Positions 1 to 11,740 of a stretch of 31,615 nucleotides of DNA are shown one piece after another; position 1 is the stretch's first letter, and every line of letters begins with the position of its first letter. This stretch comes from Microthyrium microscopicum (lineage: Eukaryota). The position numbers and the translations under genes were made by a program. The notes beneath the pieces are model-generated. The model ran no database searches. It saw only the letters and a list, made by a program, of their open reading frames with translations, and was not told the DNA's origin. Where the stretch lies: assembly GCA_010405405.1 (NCBI GenBank), contig MU004244.1, forward strand, positions 1,057,895 to 1,089,509, in the 5' to 3' direction.

Positions 1-356
1 ATCCAGCTGATAACCCGCTGATCTTCCAGTCCTAAACCGGTAACTGTCAAGGTACTATCAACGCTTCCGTCTCTTAAGGCTGCAGAACTGCTTGCATTAC
101 AGCCAGCCTCTCTTGCCTCTCTTTTCGAATTTTCAACGTCAACACCTCAGCTGAGCGCGATAAACATCTAATTTCAAAAAGAGGCATCATAAAACAGTCT
201 TAAGGTGCACATTTTGGCCATTTCCTCTTCGATTACTTATCTTCATGCTTGTTTTCCACATGTCAAGGAGGTAGATACTGGGGTATTGGCTCACAAGAAG
301 AGAGTGTTGTTTCGGGCGCCTGGTCCAGCGTATAGGACGCAATATCCATAACAAGT

Positions 357-2897
357 ATGGAGCCATGGAATCACCGCGATGAAGCTCGTTCGCTGTCCAG
401 GCCATCGGAGCTTCTCCCTGCCAAACGCTGGGATGGGATAAGCAGACTATCAACCGATTGGGATAATCTGCGCAGGGTAAAGAACCAAGATCACTCAACC
501 CCATGAACGTCTTGCTAACATAGTTGCTGCATATAGGACCCTGAGCTCTGGCTAGAAGATGGAGACTGCCTCATACATCTCCATGCGCCTGGACAATCCC
601 GTCGAGGACCTTCGTTCTACGTTCCATTCTCTACTCTCAAAGGCACATATCTTGCCCAGTCTGCGGTCACAGTCGAAGTAAACGTACGGCAACCTTGGGA
701 TTATGCGGGCACATTCTTGCGCAAAGAGCGTTATTCGCCGTCGATAAATCGGATTGTACGGCAAATCTTCATTCCCAGTCCTGAGAATTGCTCCAGAGAA
801 GCAGCATTCAACTGGCATCTCACCACGCGCAACTACTTTGCCTTTGTTTGTAACAGAGCAATCGTTGGTCGGAGTCTTGGAGAGGCTTTGATTAGCTTGT
901 ATGCCAGACTTTCGATATGGCGTCCTCAACATGATAACAATCTGAACTATCTGATCGAATATGCAGAGGACATGGGATATTGCCAGTTTGCGCATTGTCC
1001 AGATTACGCTCTTGCAATGCTACAATTTGCGGAACATTTCTTTCTGGACGAGCTTTGGGTCGATTCATTTGCTCATTGCGTCGGGATGCATGAGATGTTA
1101 TCCATTAGTAGCGAGCGACTGGTCAGTTTTTGAAGGATCTTGGCTCTTTTCTTGACACTAATCACATTTCAGGGTCTGTCAACAAGCACCAAGTCGCTGA
1201 TTGAAAACTACGCCAATTTCATGAACATTCATCTAAAGAGTATAACCAAATCTCTGAGCACATTCCTGGAAGAAGACTTGTCATCCGCAAGACTAGGCCT
1301 TACTTCTGCATCACGCAACCATTTAAATCGATTTCGCAAATTTCTACATGGCTTTTATATCAAGAAGTTTGGATACTGGCCTCCACCGTCCGTGTTCTCC
1401 AAATCATTGTTCCAATCCATGCACTCTGACTTTCGCAATCTCTACGACTTTCTGGTTGACCTGGATTCTACAGCATCCTTGGCGGATCAAAAGCTTGCCT
1501 CTGGTGGTATTTGTGTGCTTCAGAACGTTGAAGAGTTTGACCGGAGGAATGGTTACGATTCATTACCCCATCCTTTACCTCGACTACCCGGCGAGATTCC
1601 TCCTTATAGAAGAGTTAGCTCTCAGAGAACTCTATCTCTACGATTTGGCCAAAGGGTAGACTCGAGTGAAGAGTTGCTTACCCTCAGTGCACTCACAATG
1701 GCAACCAACACTGAGGATAACAAAGTCCTGAATTCTCCCTTGGTCAAGGCATACAGGACTTTCGAACATCAACTATCATCTGAAAAGGTGGAAAAGCTGT
1801 CTGTATCGGACGCTCGAAAGGTGCGATGGATATTGGTATACTGCACTCTGCAAATGCTCGTGTCTGTCACAAGAGCACCACTACAAGTCAGAGACGTAGA
1901 CGGTCCAACATATCCGCTATGTTTCGATGCTTCGATGCTCCCTCCATGGCGTATGATGCCAGAGACTCCTGGCGATTTCGATCCCGTCTCGCCTGCAGAG
2001 AGTCTGATTGTTCCGGACTCGGAACCAGATCTAATCATGAAAGGCAAATCCGTGGAACGATCTATATTGCCCGATCTTTCCATAGCGCCGGACTGCCAAA
2101 CAGACAACTACATTAAACATATCGAAGTCCGCAGCCAGACCTGGAGAAACACTTTGAGCATGCGAGATCCATCCACACAAGCCTTCAAAGAGCTTGCAAA
2201 GCATGCCGAAGTTGCCAGGAAAAAGTCTCTCAAAGCCTCGCGACCTAAAACATCCTCCCACAGCTCCATGGGTGCTCCCTCCCGCTACTCGCTACTCATG
2301 GGTCGACGGAACTCGACATTTAACGGAGTTGATAGACATCCCAGCTCCTCAACAGACAATTCGTCCAGAAGCGGAGGGTCTGCAGCATCAAGGCCACCGC
2401 CTACTCGAGGATCCGAGTTTGGCCATCGACCAAAAAGCTCTAGCATGTCGTCCATTTTCTCCATGCCCTTGTCACCACTGACAAAGAGTCTTTCACGCAA
2501 GAGTTCGAGACATTTTGAGCCTGAGAAGGCACTTCCGGAGCTTCCGCGGGCGCCACCTGCATCTACACAACACTCTGATAGCCTGGAACATCATGAATGG
2601 CCGCTCCCTGCTCCAATCACTGAGGCAGCAGCTCCAACACTGTCCAAAGAGGAGAAGGGTAGGCGGCGGCGAACGCTAGGTGCTACGATACAGGACTTTA
2701 CTCGGCAACAATTCAATATGCCAGGAATCGAAAGGCCGCAAACTCGAGCAAGGCGTGAATCTGTGTATACTCCTTCGCTCTTCAGGAGCGTGTCGAAGAG
2801 AGAGACAAGTCGGGCGGAAGAAGAACCGGACCGGACAAGAAGTATGACCCAGTCTGCGTTGCATATGTTCAGGAGCTTATCGATGAAGAGACTATGA
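357..2897 (+). CDS. Conserved fungal hypothetical protein (DUF8004-like), ~809 aa, 3 exons: 357-476, 537-1121, 1173-2897
   Basis: Introns 477-536 (GTAAAG..GCTAAC..TAG) and 1122-1172 (GTCAGT..ACTAAT..CAG) each contain an in-frame stop and join the exons in frame. The spliced protein reads KRWDG..WDNLRR|DPELWLEDGDCLIHLHAPGQSRRGPSF, then FAHCVGM, FGYWPP, GGICVLQNVEEFD and DARKVRWILVYCTLQML, motifs I recognise from a widespread Pezizomycotina family. The C-terminus is Ser-rich and low complexity. The start at ATG 357 is inferred as the first ATG after the in-frame TAG at 333. Confidence 0.8.
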
Positions 2898-3303
2898 TAT
2901 GCGACGATAGCCTTTGCATGAATTTTTTGTATGATATACCTACCTCATTTGTTAGATCATGGATGGAGAAAGTAATAATTAATGACTACCAATTTGAACA
3001 TCTCCAAGCCAAGGATCAAAATCTCCATCATCTAGCCTGATAACCTAGAGTTGTAGTTGGAGACTTGGAGACCATGCATGTAGATGCTTCAATGTTCAAC
3101 TTAAACTCCGACGGTAGCCTAAGGGTGGGGTACACATCCAACCCGCGATCCCATCCCGTCAGGTCCGCGTCCATCCCCAATTCCACCAACTCCACCAACC
3201 CGTCCAGGCACCCATCTTATGTATTAACCTGAACCAAACCCATCCAATACCCTTCCTACTCACTACACTCATCATACACCTGCCGCATGGTCAAATTGCC
3301 AAC

Positions 3304-5826
3304 ATGTTGCTCGCCCCAATAGCCGCAGCGCCCCTCACGACCACCATCTCCTCAGCCTTGCCTTGCTTGCTAACCGCCACCACCACCACAACCTCCTACC
3401 TAGCCATCTCCGGCATACGCGCCCGTAAACTTGCATATATATCCTCTCGCAATGCCAGTACTCTCCGATACCGCCACATCCGCCTTGCGAATCAACATAC
3501 CATTCTATCGCTCAATGTGAAGACGGCACAGCCTCATCGGGCTGTTTCGCTGCCAGTTCTTGGCCAGGCGGATTTTTGGCGCATGTGTCGCCCTGGTGGC
3601 GGCGCATCACGTAGGAATGATGATAGGAGGGATGCGGAAGAGTTGCGGGGTATGTCGTGGGAAGCGCGGCGGGAGCGGATGGTGGAGGCGCGGAGGCGTG
3701 GTATGGACGATTTGACGAGGCGGGGAGAAGGCGAAAGGGCTTGGTATATGCAAGAGGAACAAATGAGAAAGCAATGGATTGCAAGGATGGCGAAGGGGGA
3801 AGAGGAGGCAAGGCAACGGAAGGAAGGGGAACAAGCGGAGCAAGCGGAAAAGCAATGGATTGCGGACAAGGTGAAGGCGCAGAGTGAGCTGTTGAAGGAG
3901 CAGACAGATCGTATGAGCAAACGCATGGAGCACTTTGCTGATCGGGCGGATAGAATGCATGCGATGATGAGAAGGCGGCTTGAGCGAGATCCGTATGAGG
4001 CAATCTTTGGTTGGAGTAATCGGTTGCGGGCGGGTTTACCGCCGCAGAACTGGGTTTGGGGCGATATGTTGAGGTCGAAGCAGGAGGCGAAGGAGCCGGT
4101 CAAAGAGGATGTTCAGAAGGTATCTGAGGAGGAAGATGCTGCGAAGCGTGCTCGAGCGGAGGCAGCGAAGCGATATGATGAGACTTCTTTGGGTATGGAA
4201 CCGACGGGAAGTACTGCCTATAAGGACTGGTGTGCTGCCAACAATACTGAGCATGGCGCCGACGCTGACCTGGAATACGATCCAATATCAAACCGCATGG
4301 TGAGGAGGAATGCTGCTGAGTCGGATAGCTTTGGCCAGTCTTTGAATAACGCGACAAGTCTGCATGAATCGTCTGCCAGAGACAACATGCCCAGAGCTAC
4401 TGAAAATGACATGCCGCAGCAAGCCTCTCCTGAGGGTATTCAAGCTGAATTGATGGCGTACAAGGCCAGGCGCTTTCCCAAAGACATGGACGAAGCAACA
4501 TCTTCCTATGTATATTCTGATGCCGTTGAAAAGGAAGGGACCTACTCGGACAAACGGGTTAGATCATCTGAAGAAACCCAGTCAGTGTCTAGTACTGGAA
4601 TAGAGGCCAACAAAAGTGCTGCGCCTGACACTGAAGTCGCTCAGCGCCAGGAGCAACTTCGTGAATTGTCGGATCAACTTTCAATGCTTGGAAAGCGTCT
4701 TTCCAAACTTCCTACCATGTTAGGCGATGTCAAGGCTAGTACGACGACCGTTGAACAACCCAAACCTCAAGGTTCTGTCCAATTTCAATCAACGACACAG
4801 ACCAATGCTTCGGAAGTCCCAAGTTTTGTACAAAAGGATACTCCGGCCAGTCGGTTCCGAAATCTTCTAGAGGCTGAAAAGGATGCTGAGAAAGTCGCCG
4901 AGACGTCCGATGCTCAATATGTCAGCCGCATTAGAGCAGACAATTACCGACGGCTGCTCGAGATCGAGAGACTCAAGGAAGAGGAAGTTCGGCTAAGCCT
5001 CGAGCAACGAAAGTTGTCCAACGACTTGACCGAACTCCAATGGAATAGAAGTCCTAAACCCGCCGACAAAGCGAAGCAGCATGCGTACAATGAGCAAAGG
5101 AGACTCGCCTTGGAGGAAGAATCCTCGAGAATCCAAAGCAAGATTGCCAGACTGGAACAAGAAAAAGAGAAGGTCTACCCCTTTCGACTTTGGGATCAAG
5201 GCAGAGAGGAGCAGCCACTAAAACAGCAGCACGATAATGTCGCGAGGCCTGGCCAACTCAGTATTATTCCACCTTCACCCGATCTACTAAACAATAACGG
5301 ACGTTTTGACTACGTGGTCGTAGCCTATCATCCTGCTACATCAGTAATCAGCTCTAGTATCACTAATGGCACAATCACCACCGACCCCCTGCTCGCTGCC
5401 CACCTCGAAGTTCTGAAGAAGGATGGTATGGAATTTGTCGCCATAAGCAGCAAGATAGCCCCTTTCGTGTTCGGAGGCAGTGCCCGTGGTACCTCTCGAA
5501 TGTCAAGCTCGGAGCAAGCGGCAGAGACAAACATGCGGAAACCAGCGGCCGGAGATTATCAATGGACGCAACCAGCAGACCTTCTGGAAGTAATTCATCC
5601 ATCCAGGCCATCGCCTAAGAGAATGGAAGAAATATATACAGGACCAAGATACGAGCAGCCGCGACGGCCTCGACGAAGATGGTTCAGGCGTATTCTCTTC
5701 TGGACTGCCACTGGAGGTGTGATCCTGTATGTCTGTGGACTAAACTCTGGATTCAAACCAGTAAGGGTTCGTGTCTATGTACACGACAAAGATCCGAAAG
5801 GGATAAAACCAGAAGGAGAAGACTGA
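3304..5826 (+). CDS. Hypothetical 840-aa coiled-coil protein with a basic, acid-free N-terminus (possible mitochondrial presequence) and a C-terminal transmembrane segment
   Basis: Single 840-codon ORF with E/K/R/Q-rich helical stretches. It contains the motifs DLEYDPISNRMVRR, YVVVAYHP and KRMEEIYTG, followed by RRRRWFRR and the hydrophobic segment ILFWTATGGVILYVCGL. Confidence 0.8.
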   Translation: MLLAPIAAAPLTTTISSALPCLLTATTTTTSYLAISGIRARKLAYISSRNASTLRYRHIRLANQHTILSLNVKTAQPHRAVSLPVLGQADFWRMCRPGGGASRRNDDRRDAEELRGMSWEARRERMVEARRRGMDDLTRRGEGERAWYMQEEQMRKQWIARMAKGEEEARQRKEGEQAEQAEKQWIADKVKAQSELLKEQTDRMSKRMEHFADRADRMHAMMRRRLERDPYEAIFGWSNRLRAGLPPQNWVWGDMLRSKQEAKEPVKEDVQKVSEEEDAAKRARAEAAKRYDETSLGMEPTGSTAYKDWCAANNTEHGADADLEYDPISNRMVRRNAAESDSFGQSLNNATSLHESSARDNMPRATENDMPQQASPEGIQAELMAYKARRFPKDMDEATSSYVYSDAVEKEGTYSDKRVRSSEETQSVSSTGIEANKSAAPDTEVAQRQEQLRELSDQLSMLGKRLSKLPTMLGDVKASTTTVEQPKPQGSVQFQSTTQTNASEVPSFVQKDTPASRFRNLLEAEKDAEKVAETSDAQYVSRIRADNYRRLLEIERLKEEEVRLSLEQRKLSNDLTELQWNRSPKPADKAKQHAYNEQRRLALEEESSRIQSKIARLEQEKEKVYPFRLWDQGREEQPLKQQHDNVARPGQLSIIPPSPDLLNNNGRFDYVVVAYHPATSVISSSITNGTITTDPLLAAHLEVLKKDGMEFVAISSKIAPFVFGGSARGTSRMSSSEQAAETNMRKPAAGDYQWTQPADLLEVIHPSRPSPKRMEEIYTGPRYEQPRRPRRRWFRRILFWTATGGVILYVCGLNSGFKPVRVRVYVHDKDPKGIKPEGED

Positions 5827-6010
5827 GCTTTTGACATTGTATCATACCTACGCTATATTCATTTCGCTCATCGCTTCGATTCGTTGTATAGTATAAATCA
5901 AATACCCAACTCGCTATATAATTCTCCATCCGGTGAGACAGGGATCTTATAATGCAGCGACTTCCCAACAACAAGAATATCCCCAGAGCTAAATTTCTAC
6001 TAATTACGCA

Positions 6011-9000
6011 TCATATAGTTTTGGATGCAACAACGACTTCGACCATTTCTTTCGTAACACCAGCTCTTGGGCGAACCTCCGATGCTTCAACAACAGTCTC
6101 AATCCCCGCAGGCGCAATCTCCTCTTCACCATACGGCAACGCATCAACATCAATCTCCCAGTTCAGCAAGCTCTTCAATATCACCTCCGCTCCAGCCTTG
6201 CTAATAACCTGATTCGCGTCCTTGCACCGCTCACTACAACAGCACTCCAGACAGCCCTGTAAACAGTAACAAGCAGTCACACGCTCCGCCGCCTGACGCA
6301 ACAACATATCCACATGCTCAAACGCACGCGTACTAATCCCAGATCCCGTACTCCCACCTTTAGCATCATAGAAGGTAAGGCGGGCAGGCCGTTTACGGTT
6401 CGATTTTTGTTTAGCGAATTCCTTGAGCGAGATTTTACATTCGGTTCGCACGTCGCCGGGCATGCTGATGACAAAGTTTGGCATTAGGCTGAGGATGGCA
6501 TGCTCGGCGGCATGGATCCCAGCAGCGACATTGAGGTTGTGGGATGTGAGTATCAAAAGGGCGGATTTGGGCACGTCAAGCCAGAAGCCTTTGCTGAACA
6601 GGACGATGGGAGGATTGTCTACTTGCACGGCATCAAGGACTCGGCGTTTCGCGTCCATTTTGAAGAAACCGTATACGACTTGTTTGATGCGAATAGGGCC
6701 CATGAATGCGCGGGACTGCGAATCTGGGATTCTGCGGATGACTTCGGTTTCGACGGGGTCGATGTCTGTGTAATCGCGTTGCTGAGTGGTCCAGGAAACG
6801 TCTACTTTTTCAACTCGAGCTAGCATTTTGTCCTGGCAGAATTCTTTGACTAGGTATGAACTTCCTTGGTGGAGGAATATGCCGCCTTCGTAGATGGTGA
6901 AGAATGCTCGGGATCCTTCGAGGTCTTCGAGGACTATGTTTCGTCCGTTGGTGGTGTCGATTATTGCGAAGTGGGTTTCTTCTGTGTCTCGAATCGCAAC
7001 GAGACGAGAGGGATTTGGCAGGAATCGAGCGCTACAATGGTAGAAGCCTTGATCGTCCTTTCTCATACGCTCGCTAGTTACTGTGTGGATTAGAGGTCCG
7101 AAATATTTCTCATCTTCATTTGGGCGAATTGGCATCTCATGTGCTGCACACTGCAAATGTGCTTCGAGACAGAGCATGTTCTCTAGGTCTACTTGCAATG
7201 AGCAATTTGGTCTAGTGAACAGCTCATCTGGATTGCTCATGAAGTATTGATCGGTCGGAAACGAATCACCAACGAGGATGGAGAGTGAATCCTTATTCCG
7301 GCGACCAGCTCGGCCACTCTGTTGGCGTAAGTTCGCGATAGTATACGGGAACCCCATTGTGATAACAGCATCAAGTGAACCAATGTCTATACCTAGCTCA
7401 AGAGCTGTGGTGCCAACAATACCAAGCAGCGCTCCCTTGAACATCTGCTGCTCAATTTCACGACGATCCTGAGGTGTGTAGCCGCCTCGATATGACATGA
7501 CGCGATCTACAACTTCTGGCCGGTCGAGATTTGCCAATTCTTTTCTAATTGCTTTGATGAGGTTTTCGCAGCTTTGGCGGATACGAGCAAATGCAATGAC
7601 CCGGACACCGCGAAGAATCAGCTGACAAAAGAGTTTAGCCGTTTCCTTGACCGAGTCACCGCGACCAGACGTTGGGTCCTGAGGATCTCGAAAGGGCACA
7701 TTCCAACAGAGGAAAGTCTTCGAACCGGAAGGAGATCCATCGACATCAGTGAGTTTTACATTATCGATCCTGAATATAGCTCGCATTTGCTCTTCGGGAT
7801 TCGCGACAGTAGCTGAGCAAGAGATGAATCTGATGTTGTCATTGCCCACTGCAGCACAGACACGACGAAGACGCCTCATTATCATGGCGACATGAGATCC
7901 GAATAAGCCATTGTAGACGTGAAGCTCGTCAACAACAACGTACTTTAGGTTCTTGAGAAATGTTCTCCAGGCCTCTTCATGTGGGAGAATGGTGATATGA
8001 AGCATGTCTGGATTAGTGAATATGATTCTTGCCTCTTCTCGAATCCGATTTCGGTCGTTCATCTCAGTGTCTCCGTCAAAGGTCTCGACTACAATCTCCT
8101 CGAGACCGGGAAGATATCGAAGTATATCTTTGAGACTACGTCTTTGATCTTGAGCGAGCGCTTTGGTAGGAAATATATACATTGCTCGTGTGTCAATGTC
8201 TTTCTCGAGTTCATGAAGAACGGGGAGCTAAGTAAGAATTAGTTCGAGGATGGCACTCAGTGTCATTGCGAATGTTACGTACCTGGTAAATTAAGGACTT
8301 TCCTGATGAGGTTGAAGTAGAAATTATAACGTCATGTCCATCATGAAGGTTGTTTAGCGCTTCGGCCTGATGTGAAAAGAACTTTTCTATCGATTTTGTG
8401 TGATATAACGCGTTGACTAAGTTTTGAGATAATTGAAAATTGAGCTCCCCATAGATAGGTTCTTGAGCAGCGAACACACGGTGGCCATCCGGCACAATTT
8501 GACTGGTGTAGAATCCTGCAGTTCTTTTGAGCTCGTCAATAATATCGGGTATGCTAGCTCTATCCTCTGGTTCAGGTATGGCCGCAGGCAATCGAGATCT
8601 TTGTACTATTGGGGTCATGGAGCGACTCCGAGGCTGCGTTGGAACGAAATCGGCTGACTTCAGTATGAGCTCTTCCACAGGATCCACAACTTCCGAAGCG
8701 CAAGTATTCAAATGATAGTTGACTGCTGAAGTAAACTTCTTGTTCCTTTTTGCGACCAAATTGATCATTTGCTTCTGGCTATAGACGGGCAGTTTCAGGG
8801 CGTCTTTGCGTAATTTGGTCTTTGGTGGTTCTGCCTCACCAGTTACAGGATTCTGTACTTGTCTCTTCAATTCTCCATCGATGTATTCTATGAGTAGAAC
8901 TTGATTCCTTTCGACACCAATTTCATCATCCTGTGTTTCGATAGGAGCGTATGGATCTACGGCATCTCGACCGCGTCCTCGTGTTGGAGTCTCGGATACA

Positions 9001-9506
9001 TTGACGTCAAGCTCCGCTTCATCGACGTATCGAAAAGTAAGAGAGCGCGGTATGAGGTATGCAATCTGTGCAACCTCCTCGATGCTTGGCTCTTTACCAC
9101 AGCCTGATCTAACCAAGCTCTTCATGCTGTCCAGGGTAGTGGCAAGATGCTTTCGCGTCGAGAACAAGATGTAAGTCGTGTTCAAAGCCTTGTGCAATCT
9201 TTCTAGTGCTTTGAAATGATCGGGCCATGGATGTGTTGTTTCTACAAAATTCGAAGAATCTTGCCTGTCAAGCGCCGGAGTGCCTTTATTCGTCTTCGAT
9301 TTGCGCTTCGGCCTCGCTCCCCCATCCTGTGTTTTGGTAGGAACAGCGACACTTTGATTGTTGAGCGAGACATCAGACTCGAGTATTTGGGGATCGATGG
9401 GTATATCAACAGAGACCGGATCCTTCACGTTCCTTTTCTGCCTCTTTTTCGGGCGTGTTGCCATCGCTTCATCTTGCGACTCGGGTGATTTCCTTCCATT
9501 GACCAT
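6011..9506 (-). CDS. HRQ1: RecQ4-like ATP-dependent DEAH helicase Hrq1 with C-terminal DUF1998/MZB domain, ~1146 aa; exons 9506-8283 and 8227-6011
   Basis: The 55-nt intron 8282-8228 (GTACGT..ACTAAT..TAG) joins TSTSSGKSLIYQ|LPVL. Motifs: FPTKALAQDQ, VVDELH, SCSAT, TALELGIDIG, QQSGRAGRR, HAAEHA and a C-terminal Cys cluster (CYCLQGCLECCCSERC). The ORF-track start at 9512 is TTG; the first ATG is at 9506. Confidence 0.95.
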
Positions 9507-9625
9507 GTCCAATTTCTGACGATATTTCTTGCCTTATCAGTACTGGCCGTGTATTCATTTTCAATTGATTGGCATGGGCATGAAGAAGAAGGTCCCCTTT
9601 CTCTTATGACGTTGAAGACTTGATG

Positions 9626-9655
9626 ACGCGCCAGAAACGCGAAGTGGTCGCGAAA
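9626..9655. promoter_or_regulatory. Cluster of MCB/SCB-like (MBF-type) elements in the divergent HRQ1 promoter
   Basis: ACGCG (9626-9630), ACGCGAA (9637-9643) and CGCGAAA (9649-9655) lie within 30 bp, about 120-150 bp upstream of the HRQ1 ATG. Confidence 0.5.
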
Positions 9656-9895
9656 ACACATGAGGAAGGAAAAAGCACTTTCGGCCCGATCCAGTATTAG
9701 CGTGGGTTCGTGCTTGTGCATCTCAACTTTTTTTTTGGTTTGCTTAATTTTAGTCGATACATTCACCTCAGGTTTTTCCAACCCTGCTAAACTTATAGGA
9801 GGTTCAGATTCCAAGCAAACTATCATCTTGGAACTGCTGAAATTCAAAACGGGTTCTGTGGCTACCGAACAGTGGCATTCAGTCCTCGCTGGTCA

Positions 9896-11488
9896 ATGAT
9901 AGAGGAAGACCCAAGCAGCCTTGTGCGGTTGCATATCACACCGTTTACTCCGGCCCTGGTCCAAACTTATCTCTCTAAGGACGTTCAGGATATCGCTACC
10001 GATTTGTCATTCCATTCTGTTCAAACATTTCCAGAGAAATCCTACGGCTATGTCACATTGCCCGTCCTAGAAGCTCGCAAAATGAAGAAAAAGCTTAACG
10101 GATCCATCCTCAAGGGGACCAAAGTTAGCATCGAAGATGCTAGACCTTCGAAAAGAAAAATTGATGACGAAGATGTCATTGAAGAGGAAGTAGAGCCCAA
10201 AAAAGCTCGAAAGGAGAAGAAGAAGAAGAAAGTCAAAGGTCAAGAAAACGACATTATCCTGGACGGTCATGAACTTGAAGAGGGACGGAAAGTGAAACGA
10301 GGCTGGACGGAACCGCACGCCAGTCACAAGGAGAAGAAGGAGACGAGGAGCAAAGAGGAAAAGAAAGAGAAAGGAAGCAAAGAGGATAAAAAAGAAAAGA
10401 AGGAGAGAAAGGAGAAGAGGCAAGCCGAAAAGTCAAAGTACACCAAGGAGCCAGAATTGCTGTTCAAAACCATACTTCCGCCTGGTAAAGTGAAGAAGGA
10501 TAAGAGCGATAGGGAAAAGAAAAAGTCCAAAGGGTCATCCAAAGAGGTTGTTGTTCATGAATTTGAGCACACAAAAAAGCAAGCCACCTTTCTAAAGCAA
10601 TCTAAAATTGATACTAAAGGAACGCACAACTTTGTTGAAGGCACAGGCTGGGTTGACGAAGACGACAATGTAGTCGAAGAAGTCAAATCCAAACCGCGCA
10701 AGACCGCAAAAGTCAAGCATCAGCCTGTCCAAGAACCAGAGATCATTACGACCAAACTAACAAAGGAGAAGAAACCAAAAAAGCCAAAGTCGCCCTCGCC
10801 AGCTCCTATTTCGGACGACAGCAGCTCCATCATTAGCTCAGACTCGTCCGACGACAGCTCCTCTAGCGACTCTGACGCTGAGAAAGATGAGCAAGATGAG
10901 CCATCGTCTCAGAAACCCACACCCAGATTGAAACCCACCATGACTTTGGACCTTCCCAAGACACCACATCCGCTAGAAACGCTGTTCAAGCGCACGCCGA
11001 ATACTACCAAGCCACAACCTCTCGACACCTTCAGCTTTTTCGGCGCCAATGATGACGACGATGTGGACGAAGACATGAACGACTTTGACCCAGAGTCTTC
11101 TGGCTTTGGCCCACAGACACCATTTACTCAACACGTCGAAGCTCGTCAAGAACTACGCAGCGGTGCACCCACGCCTGACACGGCAGCGGCTAACCGTCGC
11201 TTCTCGTTCTCGCGTGGTGTAGTGGGTATGGACATGCTTGAAGAAGATGAAGAAGAGGAACCGGCAGATGCGCTGATGCAGGATGCTTATGAAGAGGGCG
11301 CAGAGGAGTTCTACGCAGGCGACGACTATCCCGCAGGAAATGCGAAAGATGACGGTGATAGCGCATTTGCCAAATGGTTCTGGGAGAAGCGCGGGGATAA
11401 TAATCGCGCGTGGAAAAGACGGCGTCGGGAAGCGCTGAAGGAGAAGAGACAGCGTGAGAACAAGCGCATATCAAGACGAATTGTCTGA
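9896..11488 (+). CDS. Probable nucleolar protein (Nop8/SRP40-like) with N-terminal RRM-like domain and Lys/Glu- and Ser/Asp-rich tracts, ~530 aa
   Basis: Single ORF. The RRM-like segment reads RLHITPF..FPEKSYGYVTLP..KKLNGSILKGTKVSIEDARP. It also has KVKRGWTEP, VVHEFE, a poly-Ser/Asp tract and the C-terminal FWEKRGDNNRAWKRRRR. The ORF-track start at 9872 is GTG; the ATG is at 9896. Confidence 0.8.
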   Translation: MIEEDPSSLVRLHITPFTPALVQTYLSKDVQDIATDLSFHSVQTFPEKSYGYVTLPVLEARKMKKKLNGSILKGTKVSIEDARPSKRKIDDEDVIEEEVEPKKARKEKKKKKVKGQENDIILDGHELEEGRKVKRGWTEPHASHKEKKETRSKEEKKEKGSKEDKKEKKERKEKRQAEKSKYTKEPELLFKTILPPGKVKKDKSDREKKKSKGSSKEVVVHEFEHTKKQATFLKQSKIDTKGTHNFVEGTGWVDEDDNVVEEVKSKPRKTAKVKHQPVQEPEIITTKLTKEKKPKKPKSPSPAPISDDSSSIISSDSSDDSSSSDSDAEKDEQDEPSSQKPTPRLKPTMTLDLPKTPHPLETLFKRTPNTTKPQPLDTFSFFGANDDDDVDEDMNDFDPESSGFGPQTPFTQHVEARQELRSGAPTPDTAAANRRFSFSRGVVGMDMLEEDEEEEPADALMQDAYEEGAEEFYAGDDYPAGNAKDDGDSAFAKWFWEKRGDNNRAWKRRRREALKEKRQRENKRISRRIV

Positions 11489-11740
11489 TCATACCAACGG
11501 ACCACTGTTGCATTGGAAAAGTTGAGGATACTGCATATTATAAGGGCGTTGGGAAGCGGGCTTGGATGAGACTGTTTCTTGTATTCATATTTGACTTCAT
11601 TGTATTGGACTAGATTTTTGTCGAATACAAAATGCTGATCATATACATCATGCTGTATTTCCACAAAACCACTATAAATAGTATTGGTAAGGAGGACTAA
11701 ATATCCACTGCTAAAATGTCGACTAATATGCAATACTCTT

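Noticed and set aside
3512..4103. Three overlapping minus-strand ORFs of 117-189 aa
   Set aside because: They result from the strong purine skew of the E/K/R-rich sense gene and show no recognisable motifs.
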